A stretch of DNA of 51,554 bases, from the NCBI GenBank assembly GCA_040390045.1, contig JAZJZC010000003.1, positions 66,115 through 117,668 of the forward strand, in the 5' to 3' direction. How positions within the stretch are numbered: the stretch's first letter is position 1; each line of letters opens with the position of its first letter. The notes under the pieces are model-generated. The model worked only from the letters and a program-made list of their open reading frames with translations, was not told the DNA's origin and ran no database searches. Below are positions 34,614-42,694 of the stretch, piece after piece. The translations under genes and the position numbers were made by a program. The DNA comes from Patescibacteria group bacterium (GTDB lineage Bacteria > Patescibacteriota > Minisyncoccia > Phycocordibacterales > SIBU01).

Positions 34614-35216
34614 ATGACCAGTAGTAGGGTTGCTATCGACGATCGTCGGAAACTAAGTGCGGAACAAACCTCCACCTATACTCGGTACGAAAGCCAGCTC
34701 CGTCGCCAACTCCTAAAGGGGGTGCTCGACACTGAGGCCGTTCTTGCTGGTTTGCAGGAGCTAACGCAGATGACAATAGGTTCCTTCAGCTGCAACGGTC
34801 AGCCAGAAATTCCAGGTTGGGCGAAGCAGGAAAAACCAATTATCCAACATCTTCCGTGTGGGTGGGTCAATCCTTCGAAGTTCGCTCTCACTGATGTTCT
34901 AAAAGACGGAGAAAAGGTTATTGACGGCGATGATTTTCTGCTAAGGGCGCAAGCAGTGCCCGGTTCAATGAACGCCTGCGCGTTCGATTTTTATGCCAAG
35001 GAGCAGAATTGGAAATATTTGCCCAGGAATGTCGAAGTTGTTGTGTTTCCTAACACCGTGTTTTGCCATTGGGATGGCGATCGGCATGTGGCGTGTCTCT
35101 TTCGGAAAGGCGTGGAGTGGGAGCGTGTCCCCCATTGCCTTAAATCTAAGGTCGATCGTGAATTCCTTGTAGCTTCGTTTGTAAATCCCGAGCCTTTGGA
35201 AGCTAGGGTTTCTTAA
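34614..35216 (+). CDS. hypothetical protein (200 aa), orphan
   Basis: Clean ORF with a terminator at about 35245-35280. Cys/Trp/His-rich C-terminal half. Visibly G+C-richer than its flanks. Confidence 0.5.
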   Translation: MTSSRVAIDDRRKLSAEQTSTYTRYESQLRRQLLKGVLDTEAVLAGLQELTQMTIGSFSCNGQPEIPGWAKQEKPIIQHLPCGWVNPSKFALTDVLKDGEKVIDGDDFLLRAQAVPGSMNACAFDFYAKEQNWKYLPRNVEVVVFPNTVFCHWDGDRHVACLFRKGVEWERVPHCLKSKVDREFLVASFVNPEPLEARVS

Positions 35217-35322
35217 CCCCTCGACTTTAGTACTTTCGCTTTACCAGTATCGCTCAGAAATGTGCGATGCTGTTTTTTTGTGTTAGAATTGAAACGTTAG
35301 CAGTTAATCAATCAATAAAATT

Positions 35323-36129
35323 ATGGAAAACGAAAAAAATACATGTAATTGCTCTCATTGGGTAGACGGTAGACTTCACAAAGCGGGGATTGCCGCCTTG
35401 GTTTTGTTAACAGTTTTTTTGGTGGCGAAATCGGTCACTGAAGTAAAGGGTTGGTCTTTGATTGGCAAGGACATTCCGCCACAAACAACTATCACGGTTT
35501 CTGGAAAGGGTGATGTAGTTGTTAAGCCTGACATCGCAACATTTACGTTTAGCATCACCGAGGAATCGTTGGTGGTTGCTACAGCTCAGGATGAGGTTGC
35601 CAAAAAAGAAAAAGAGGTTTTGGCATTCATTGAGAAAGCCGGTGTTTCTAAGGATGACGTAAAAGTTTCTGGATACAATTTGTATCCTCGTTATGAATAT
35701 CAGAACGCTAGCATCTACGGTCCAAATGGCAAACAAATTCTCGCAGGATATGTTGTGACTGAATCCGTGGAAGTGAAGGTTCGAAAAATTGCTGATGCCG
35801 GAAAAATTATCGGCAGTCTCGGTGAGCTCGGTGTCACCGACTTGAGCGGTCTCACTTTCAGTGTTGATGGGCAGGAGCAAGTTGCAAAACAAGCTCGCGT
35901 GATAGCTATAAAAGACGCTCAAACAAGTGCCAAAAGTTTGGCCAACGACCTCGGCGTTTCCCTCGTAAGAATTGTCAGTTTCTCTGAAAGCGGTTCCTAT
36001 CCAATGCCAATGTATTATGCCAAATCACAAGCTTTGGGCATGGGCGGGGCTGATATGGCAACACCAGAGCTACCGGGGGGAACAAACAAAATCACTTCAA
36101 ACGTTAGCATTACCTACGAGATTCGGTAA
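35323..36129 (+). CDS. SIMPL (DUF541) domain protein
   Basis: TM anchor, then ITVSGKGDVVVKPDIATFTFSI...AKQARVIAIKDAQTSAKSLA... Confidence 0.8.
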   Translation: MENEKNTCNCSHWVDGRLHKAGIAALVLLTVFLVAKSVTEVKGWSLIGKDIPPQTTITVSGKGDVVVKPDIATFTFSITEESLVVATAQDEVAKKEKEVLAFIEKAGVSKDDVKVSGYNLYPRYEYQNASIYGPNGKQILAGYVVTESVEVKVRKIADAGKIIGSLGELGVTDLSGLTFSVDGQEQVAKQARVIAIKDAQTSAKSLANDLGVSLVRIVSFSESGSYPMPMYYAKSQALGMGGADMATPELPGGTNKITSNVSITYEIR

Positions 36130-36160
36130 ATCGAGTTTTGGAAGACAAAATTTAACAAAA

Positions 36161-36196
36161 ATCCCCGTCCCGATGTACATCGGGACGGGGATTTTA
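36161..36196 (+). terminator. intrinsic terminator
   Basis: atccccgtcccgatg-ta-catcgggacggggat followed by tttt. Confidence 0.8.
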
Positions 36197-36284
36197 CTTG
36201 ACATTTCAAACGAAAGGAGTATTGTATTGGGGTAACCCCGAGCGGGGTTTTTTGATACAATAAAGAGTAATAAGCAAACAAAAC

Positions 36285-36464
36285 ATGAAATTAGGACAAT
36301 ATTTACAGGAAACAAAAGCCGAACTCGCCCATGTCAGTTGGCCAACCAGAAGCCAAGCGATTATCTACAGTATCGTGGTAGTTGTTATTTCTTTTGCCAC
36401 AGCATTCTATCTCGGTGGACTCGATTTTATTTTTTCTACGTTATTGCAAAAATTTGTACTTTAA
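36285..36464 (+). CDS. secE: preprotein translocase subunit SecE (59 aa; below the ORF-track cut-off)
   Basis: My own translation is MKLGQYLQETKAELAHVSWPTRSQAIIYSIVVVVISFATAFYLGGLDFIFSTLLQKFVL. It has the E..KV.WP motif plus a single TM helix and lies directly upstream of nusG. Confidence 0.8.
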   Translation: MKLGQYLQETKAELAHVSWPTRSQAIIYSIVVVVISFATAFYLGGLDFIFSTLLQKFVL

Positions 36465-36470
36465 TTTTTT

Positions 36471-37016
36471 ATGTCAAAACAAAAAATTCAAGAAGGAAGA
36501 AATTGGTATGCTATTCATACCTACGCAGGATATGAAAACGCGGTGGCGCGAAATCTAAAACAGCGTATCGAATCTCTGGGAATGGAAGACCGCATTTTTA
36601 ATGTGCTCGTGCCCGTTGAAAAGAAAATTAAGATCAAGGGAGGCAAGCGAGTAGAGGAGGAGGAAAAAATTTATCCCGGGTATGTGCTCGTTGATATGAC
36701 CGTTACGGATGACTCTTGGTATGTGGTGCGAAATACGCCACGAGTAACCGGGTTCGTAGGTTCCGGAGTTTTTCCGGTGCCACTTGATAAGGCCGAAGTG
36801 GAAACACTCTTTAGTAGAATGAATTCCGATGTGGTCAAACACAATATTGATTTGGAAGTAGAAGACGCAGTAACCATTGTTGACGGCCCATTTAAAGATT
36901 TGGAAGGAAAAGTGGGTGAAGTCGATAGTGAGCGTGGCAAGGTAAAGGTTTTGGTCAGCATGTTCGGTCGGGAAACACCAGTCGAATTAGATTTTCTTCA
37001 GGTGAAGAAAATCTAA
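36471..37016 (+). CDS. nusG: transcription termination/antitermination factor NusG
   Basis: [20 protein letters not shown] and the KOW motif [15 protein letters not shown]. Confidence 0.9.
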   Translation: MSKQKIQEGRNWYAIHTYAGYENAVARNLKQRIESLGMEDRIFNVLVPVEKKIKIKGGKRVEEEEKIYPGYVLVDMTVTDDSWYVVRNTPRVTGFVGSGVFPVPLDKAEVETLFSRMNSDVVKHNIDLEVEDAVTIVDGPFKDLEGKVGEVDSERGKVKVLVSMFGRETPVELDFLQVKKI

Positions 37017-37110
37017 TTCGACAGTTGTCAGATTTAAGATTATAGATTAAAGTAGTGTTTCTCCGACTTTTTCTTACTTAAATCTTTAATCTTTTAACTT
37101 TAATCTATAT

Positions 37111-37536
37111 ATGGCCAAAAAAGCAGTAAAAAAACTTAAACTCTTGATTGAAGGTGGAAAAGCCAACCCGGCACCGCCGATTGGACCCGCGCTCGGTCAA
37201 GCTAAAGTAAACATTGGTGAATTTGTCACACGTTTTAACGCTGGGACCAAGGATATGAAAGGGGATATTGTTCCTGTAGAAATTTCTGTATACGAAGATC
37301 GAACTTTTGATTTAGTTTTCAAAACTCCTCCGGCTACGTCGCTTATTCTCAAGGCTGCCGGAAAGGAGAAGGGTTCAGGCAAAAATGTGGTCAGTAAAGC
37401 CGGAACGATTACCAAAGCTAAAGTTCGCGAAATTGCTGAGAAAAAACTAAAAGATTTAAATGCTAATACCGTTGAGGCTGCTATGAAGATTATCGAAGGT
37501 TCATGCCGATCGATGGGGATAGAAGTTAAGGGTTAG
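37111..37536 (+). CDS. rplK: 50S ribosomal protein L11
   Basis: [42 protein letters not shown]. Confidence 0.95.
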   Translation: MAKKAVKKLKLLIEGGKANPAPPIGPALGQAKVNIGEFVTRFNAGTKDMKGDIVPVEISVYEDRTFDLVFKTPPATSLILKAAGKEKGSGKNVVSKAGTITKAKVREIAEKKLKDLNANTVEAAMKIIEGSCRSMGIEVKG

Positions 37537-37546
37537 AAGCGCTCAA

Positions 37547-37722
37547 ACTATCCTTATGCGGAACGCAAAAGCCCTCTCCTGCGGAGGGCTTTTTAGTACT
37601 CGGCGGTTTCCGATACTGAATATTTTTTCTCAAAAATATTCAGTATCGGACCAAGCAAACCGCCTGCGAACATTCCGCACAAGGATAGTTCTCGCTAGGA
37701 TTTCGCGATAAGAATCGCGAAA
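37547..37722. repeat. nested palindromic element downstream of rplK
   Basis: Outer 17-bp arms at 37547-37563 and 37673-37689 (1 mismatch) enclose a terminator hairpin (37568-37592) and an 18-bp perfect hairpin (37610-37649). The latter is itself flanked by cggcggttt/aaaccgcct. A third hairpin tttcgcgat-aaga-atcgcgaaa lies at 37701-37722. Confidence 0.7.
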
Positions 37723-37791
37723 GAATGAGTTAGCAAAACTACTACGTGATAGTGGGGGTTTTGTGGTAAAATTGCTTTAAATAAAAAATAT

Positions 37792-38207
37792 ATGAAAACT
37801 AAACTATACGTCGGTTGCGCCCTAGGAGGACTGACCGAAGACAATAAAAAAGAATTTCTTGAAAAGATTGTTCGGGTTAAAAATATTTTGAGAGGTCAAG
37901 GATTTGAAGTTTTAGAATTTGTGGGATTGGGAGAACACACACCTGCCGAGATTTACCAGCACGATATTTTGGGCTGTGTTGCCGCCTGCGATGCCATGCT
38001 TGCGATTTGTGATTATCCCTCCACGGGGATGGGCTATGACTAGCGACTGTTATTGAGAAGCGTGGCTTGCCAGTGCTCGCTGTGGCTCACACAGACTCAT
38101 TTGTTTCCAAAATTGTTCGCGGTATCTCTAAACCAAATTTTCATTTCGAGCGATACACGGATTTTGAAAAGGAAGTTCCGGCGCTAGTGGAAAAATATTT
38201 AAAATAA
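37792..38207 (+). pseudogene. nucleoside 2-deoxyribosyltransferase-like gene interrupted by a frameshift
   Basis: The first frame ends ...CDYPSTGMGYD-stop at 38041-38043. The reading continues from 38043 in another frame as ATVIEKRGLPVLAVAHTDSF...EKYLK, with the stop at 38205-38207. Restoring one nt in tatga-ctagcg would give GMGYELATVIEK. Confidence 0.65.
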
Positions 38208-38243
38208 GTAAAAATTTGTACGATATATCGTACAAATTTTTAC
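38208..38243. terminator. perfect 36-nt palindrome between convergent genes
   Basis: gtaaaaatttgtacgatat/atcgtacaaatttttac. Confidence 0.7.
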
Positions 38244-38297
38244 TTTTCCTTCTGCGTCTGTTCCGCGTACTTCAGCGTTCGTTCCGCACGGTCTCGC

Positions 38298-38951
38298 TTA
38301 TTTTTTCTCCTCAGGTGACTTGAGTACCGCGAAATCTGCTTTTAGTTTTCGAATTTGGCCTTTCATAATGAGTGTGGCTTCGTCGCGTTTTTCCCGACCG
38401 ACGCCATCGACGATGTCTTTTTTGTGGTATTTACTTTTACGTGCGTTGACTGCTTCAGTTAGTTCTTCAAAAACAATTTGGCAGACGCGCTCTCCAGGAT
38501 AGAGCCTGACCGCTTGCGAATGAGTGTTATTACGAAGAGGAAGAGTGAGTTGTCCCTCGTACCCTGAATCGATAATACCGGTAAGATCGAGAGAAAGTCC
38601 TTTGCGGTTGGTGGATGATCTTGGGTAGAGCACCGCCATCAAATCTTTAGGAATTTTAATAGTTTCAAGTGTTGAAACCAATACGTATTCGTGAGGCAAC
38701 AGTTCAAAATATTGTCCCTCTTCAAGTTCCACAACATCGAAAAAGCCGCTGTTATTTTTATCGAAGTGGGTGTTGTCGAGCGACTCTCTGCCGTTCGCAG
38801 TCAGGTGCCAAATTTTAGGAATAAGAAATGTAAATCCCAATCGAAGGTCAACGGCGTGTTCCTGCAGTTGCATGCTGTCGAGGTTTGGGCTAAAAGTGAT
38901 TTCACCTTTCTCGACGCGTTCGATAATTTGTTTTTTGGTTATGACGCTCAT
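38298..38951 (-). CDS. dCTP deaminase (Dcd) family protein lacking the catalytic Glu
   Basis: AVDLRLG, PRSSTNRKGL and GIIDSGYEGQLTLPLRN. An ungapped local match to E. coli IDPGWSGCIVLEFYN places Pro138 (codon 38538-38540) at Glu138. Confidence 0.75.
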   Translation of the reverse strand: MSVITKKQIIERVEKGEITFSPNLDSMQLQEHAVDLRLGFTFLIPKIWHLTANGRESLDNTHFDKNNSGFFDVVELEEGQYFELLPHEYVLVSTLETIKIPKDLMAVLYPRSSTNRKGLSLDLTGIIDSGYEGQLTLPLRNNTHSQAVRLYPGERVCQIVFEELTEAVNARKSKYHKKDIVDGVGREKRDEATLIMKGQIRKLKADFAVLKSPEEKK

Positions 38952-38998
38952 GGGAAGGGTGTAGGGGTTAGGGTTTAGTTAGACCGGTTTATTTTATA

Positions 38999-39496
38999 CT
39001 AAGATTTGCGGATGTAAACTTGATAATCAGCGTCAAATGGGTTTTTATCATCCTTCGCTTCAAATTTTGATTCGGTAAGTTTCCAGATTGTTGGATCAAG
39101 GGGAGGGAAGAAGGCGTCACCTTCAATCGTTGTGTGAATGAGTGTTCGGTATACCTTGTCGGTTTTTGGAAAAGCCTCAGCATACAAGTGAGCTCCACCA
39201 ATATTAAATACCTCTGTTTCGGCTGAGGTTTTTTCAAGGGCTTCTTCAAAAGAATGAACAACGATACATCCAGGCGCTTTGAAATCCGCATTACGTGTTA
39301 CGACAATATTAACTCGATCGGGAAGGGGTTTGCCCAAACTATTCATGATGGATTCGTACGTATTTCGGCCCATAATCACCGTATGGCCTTTTGTTATTGC
39401 GGCAAAATGTTTTTGATCGCTAGGCATTCGCCAAGGGATTTTATTACCTTGTCCGATGACGTTATTTTCTGACGTGGCGACAATTATCGATAGCAT
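38999..39496 (-). CDS. folA: dihydrofolate reductase
   Basis: IIVATSENNVIGQGNKIPWRMPSDQKHF, IMGRNTYESI and FNIGGAHLY. Confidence 0.9.
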   Translation of the reverse strand: MLSIIVATSENNVIGQGNKIPWRMPSDQKHFAAITKGHTVIMGRNTYESIMNSLGKPLPDRVNIVVTRNADFKAPGCIVVHSFEEALEKTSAETEVFNIGGAHLYAEAFPKTDKVYRTLIHTTIEGDAFFPPLDPTIWKLTESKFEAKDDKNPFDADYQVYIRKS

Positions 39497-39498
39497 AG

Positions 39499-40335
39499 TT
39501 ATAAAGCGATTTTGAGGCCTTTAATGGCTTCGTGTGGTTTGTATTGATTAGTTAGATTTTCTACAATTTCTTCCACCAATTTTTTATCTTGTTTTTCAGC
39601 ACGGTCGAAGGCATTTTTTGGCAAGCTTAAAACAATTTTTGGATGATTGTTTTCGCGTTTGATCATTTCGTCAGCTGCAAAATAGTGATTGTCGTAAATG
39701 TGCGCGTTGGAAATTGAATGCGAGTAAATTCCGGGACGAACTCCTAATTTTTGCGCCAGAATGTGAGCGAGTAGAGCAAAACCGGCGACGTCAGAGGGAA
39801 ATCCCAGAACGATATCGTTTGATCGGACGATGTTGTGAAAATTTAGTCGTCCGCCAATAATATTTACGGTAAATGTATATGGGCAGGGAACATTTTTTTT
39901 CACAGCTCCACCAAGCCCATCTTGCGCCGGATCCCAAGTCACCACCACGCCGTGTCGGGAGCTCGGTTCTTTTTGCAAAAGTTTAATGAGTAATCCAAGC
40001 TGGTCGCGACCGAAGTGTTTCCGCCATCGATAGCCATAGGCAACAGTGACCACATCTCCCGGGTTGGTAAACATGTCCCAAATTTTTGTAAATTGTCGCA
40101 GGAAAATTTCGGGCTTCCTTGCGCCGGTAATAAACCAAACTTGTTCGGCCACAAACATTGGTATTGGAATTTTCCGCAAGGTCAAAAGAGGGAAGCCATC
40201 TTTTTCAAGATCAATGGAAAAATGCATGCCGGGAATAGCTTTGGTTTCGTGTCCGGTGCGCTCGTTCATCTCAGAGATACCCTTGGTTTGGATATCTTTC
40301 AGGATGTTTTTATAGACTTCATCGAATATTGCCAT
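39499..40335 (-). CDS. thymidylate synthase (ThyA) family enzyme with dCMP-type specificity residue
   Basis: RTGHET, EQVWF, AYGYRWR, nucleophile Cys151 (codon 39883-39885), RSND and LGFPSDVAGFALL. Asp182 (codon 39790-39792) aligns without gaps to E. coli Asn177. The C-terminal IKGLKIAL is TS-like. Confidence 0.8.
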   Translation of the reverse strand: MAIFDEVYKNILKDIQTKGISEMNERTGHETKAIPGMHFSIDLEKDGFPLLTLRKIPIPMFVAEQVWFITGARKPEIFLRQFTKIWDMFTNPGDVVTVAYGYRWRKHFGRDQLGLLIKLLQKEPSSRHGVVVTWDPAQDGLGGAVKKNVPCPYTFTVNIIGGRLNFHNIVRSNDIVLGFPSDVAGFALLAHILAQKLGVRPGIYSHSISNAHIYDNHYFAADEMIKRENNHPKIVLSLPKNAFDRAEKQDKKLVEEIVENLTNQYKPHEAIKGLKIAL

Positions 40336-40407
40336 GATTTGTTGAATTGAATTATAGTGCCTTTATGTTGCTCTCGCAATCAAAAAACGTTTTGCTATAA
40401 TGGGCCC

Positions 40408-40911
40408 ATGAATATTCCTTTTCCCTACATGCCCGAAGGACGAACCGTTAAATTTGTCCCTGCTCATGATCGATTTATGCGCGCGGCTGAAACAGCGTGC
40501 AGGGAACTTTCGACAGATTATAACCATCCGAATGGCGCAGTCTTGGTTAAAGACGGAACGGTAATTGCTCGCGCCGCAAATCAGTCTGGTTTGAAGAATA
40601 AAAAAATGCTTCAACTTCATAAAGCCGGTTGGTGTGTGCGCCGCATTTTAAAAATTCCTTCAGGGCAAAAATATTGGCTTTGCCCGGGATGCGCGTCATC
40701 AAAAAATCATTCCGAAACGCGTGTCGTCAAAACTGCTCAAAAACAAGGGCTGGATACTACAGGGGCTGATGTCTATCTGTGGGGACACTGGTGGTGTTGT
40801 GAACCGTGTTGGAATTCGATGATCGCCGGCGGTATCAAAGATGTCTATCTTCTTGAGGGCAGTGATAAGCTTTTTAATCCTAAATTTCCGGAAAATATAA
40901 TTGGAAAGTAG
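40408..40911 (+). CDS. CMP/dCMP-type zinc deaminase with Cys-rich insert
   Basis: HSE (HxE) and CCEPCWNSM (PCxxC-like) zinc motifs. There is an extra CVRR...CPGC segment between them. Start set at the ATG at 40408. Confidence 0.7.
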   Translation: MNIPFPYMPEGRTVKFVPAHDRFMRAAETACRELSTDYNHPNGAVLVKDGTVIARAANQSGLKNKKMLQLHKAGWCVRRILKIPSGQKYWLCPGCASSKNHSETRVVKTAQKQGLDTTGADVYLWGHWWCCEPCWNSMIAGGIKDVYLLEGSDKLFNPKFPENIIGK

Positions 40912-41079
40912 GAAAAGGGCCCGTCTAGGGTCCTTTTTCTTTTGCCAAAAGGCTGTGTTAGAATGGTTTTACTATGGTATAAGTTTTTCCAAATCTGATT
41001 TTATTTCCCGATGCTCCGTACTCGGAGTTCGGGATCCCGATCGCTTCGCATCGGGACTTAATTCTTTTAATCTATCCAC

Positions 41080-42252
41080 ATGAAAGACAAACAAATTGAA
41101 AAACTTATAAAACTCGAAGAAGCTCGGCAGAAGAAGGTGATCAATCTTATCGCTTCGGAAAATTATGTTTCAAAAGATGTGTTGACAGCACTCGGTTCAA
41201 AACTGACCGACAAGTATGGGGAAGGGTATCCAGGAAAAAGATATTATCGCGGTACAAAGGTTGTCGATGAGGTTGAATTGCTCGCGCAAAAACGCGCGTT
41301 GGAACTTTTTGATCTTGATCCGCAACGGTGGAGTGTCAACGTCCAGCCGCTTTCAGGTTCGCCTGCCAACTTCGCAGTGTATTCCGCGCTTGTGCCACCA
41401 GGAGGGAAAATTATGGGTATGACACTCTCGCATGGAGGACATCTCACTCACGGTCAACCAGTTTCTATGACTGGAAAATTTTGGATGCAAGTGCCGTATG
41501 GACTTTCAAAAGAAACTGAACAACTTGATTATGAAGAAGTAAAAAAAATTGCTGTTGCTGAAAAGCCCAACATTATCGTTGCGGGTTTTACCGCCTACGC
41601 GCACGTGGTAGATTTCAAAAAGTTTCGAGAAATTGCAGACGCTTCAGGAGCAATTCTCATGGTAGACATGTCGCATTTCGCGGGACTTGTAGCAGGAAAA
41701 GTGTATCTGTCACCATTTTTGTATGCTGACATAGTGACTACTACTACGCACAAAACACTTCGCGGTCCGCGTTCGGCCATGATTTTTTCCAAAATTGACG
41801 AACGCGAGTTTAACAAAAAAATAGACAAAATTATTATTCCAGGTCTTCAAGGTGGCCCACACTTCAATCAAATTGCCGCGGTGGCTGTTGCTCTCAAAGA
41901 AGCCAATACGCCCGCATTCAAAAAGTACGCGTCCCAAATAATTAAAAATGCGAAAGTGCTAGCGGACGAACTTGCCAAACTTGGCTGGAGAATTGTTGAA
42001 GGTGGGACAGAAACCCATTTGTTGCGCGTTGATGTTTGGCAAGACGGGAAAGGAATTAGCGGGCGAGAAGCGGCAGATAAACTGGAAGCGGCGGGAATTA
42101 TTGTTAACGAAAATACGATTCCTTTCGATACTAGAAAACCCATGGATCCATCGGGCATTCGTCTCGGTACGCCAGCAGAAACGACACGCGGAAAAAAAGA
42201 AAAAGATTTTCGCAAGATTGCGCAGAAAATAGATGAAGTTTTGAGAAAATAA
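41080..42252 (+). CDS. glyA: serine hydroxymethyltransferase
   Basis: LIASENYVS, GYPGKRYY, LSHGGHLTHG and TTTTHKTLRGPR (PLP lysine). Confidence 0.95.
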   Translation: MKDKQIEKLIKLEEARQKKVINLIASENYVSKDVLTALGSKLTDKYGEGYPGKRYYRGTKVVDEVELLAQKRALELFDLDPQRWSVNVQPLSGSPANFAVYSALVPPGGKIMGMTLSHGGHLTHGQPVSMTGKFWMQVPYGLSKETEQLDYEEVKKIAVAEKPNIIVAGFTAYAHVVDFKKFREIADASGAILMVDMSHFAGLVAGKVYLSPFLYADIVTTTTHKTLRGPRSAMIFSKIDEREFNKKIDKIIIPGLQGGPHFNQIAAVAVALKEANTPAFKKYASQIIKNAKVLADELAKLGWRIVEGGTETHLLRVDVWQDGKGISGREAADKLEAAGIIVNENTIPFDTRKPMDPSGIRLGTPAETTRGKKEKDFRKIAQKIDEVLRK

Positions 42253-42254
42253 CT

Positions 42255-42647
42255 ATGAATGAAATTCCCCAAAATGTTCCGGAACAACCTATCAATGTAT
42301 ATCTTACACAACTTCGTAAAGCCCTCGACTCAAAGGACGCAACGCTTCTTGGGTCAGTCATAAATGGAATTCAGAGAAATGTTCAAGGGACAGATAGGAC
42401 AAGTTTTTCACCTTTGGATGATGAGGATATCCGTACGCTACTGGAAACCGGAAGAGCAGAGATAAACGTAGGTACTGGAACACATGGTCAGCGTATCTAT
42501 ATTAAGGATGCGGAATTACATATGCCTCCTGGCGGCCCTAGGGTTGAAAAGGCAAAAGTTGTAATCGAACAGAGGATGAACTTCAAACGTTTATTTGATT
42601 TGCCTCTTGATTTATCCGACACTGAAGACTTGCGGGTTAGATTTTAA
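42255..42647 (+). CDS. hypothetical protein (130 aa), orphan
   Basis: The ATG lies 2 nt after the glyA stop, which suggests translational coupling. No motif recognised. Confidence 0.5.
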   Translation: MNEIPQNVPEQPINVYLTQLRKALDSKDATLLGSVINGIQRNVQGTDRTSFSPLDDEDIRTLLETGRAEINVGTGTHGQRIYIKDAELHMPPGGPRVEKAKVVIEQRMNFKRLFDLPLDLSDTEDLRVRF

Positions 42648-42694
42648 TTACGTGAAAAGCATGAAAAAAGTAAATATATAATTATCGAAATAAT

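Noticed and set aside
36338-36535. 65-aa ORF overlapping the secE-nusG junction
   Set aside because: It is in a different frame from the 59-aa SecE reading, which has the conserved motif, a TM helix and the canonical position upstream of nusG.
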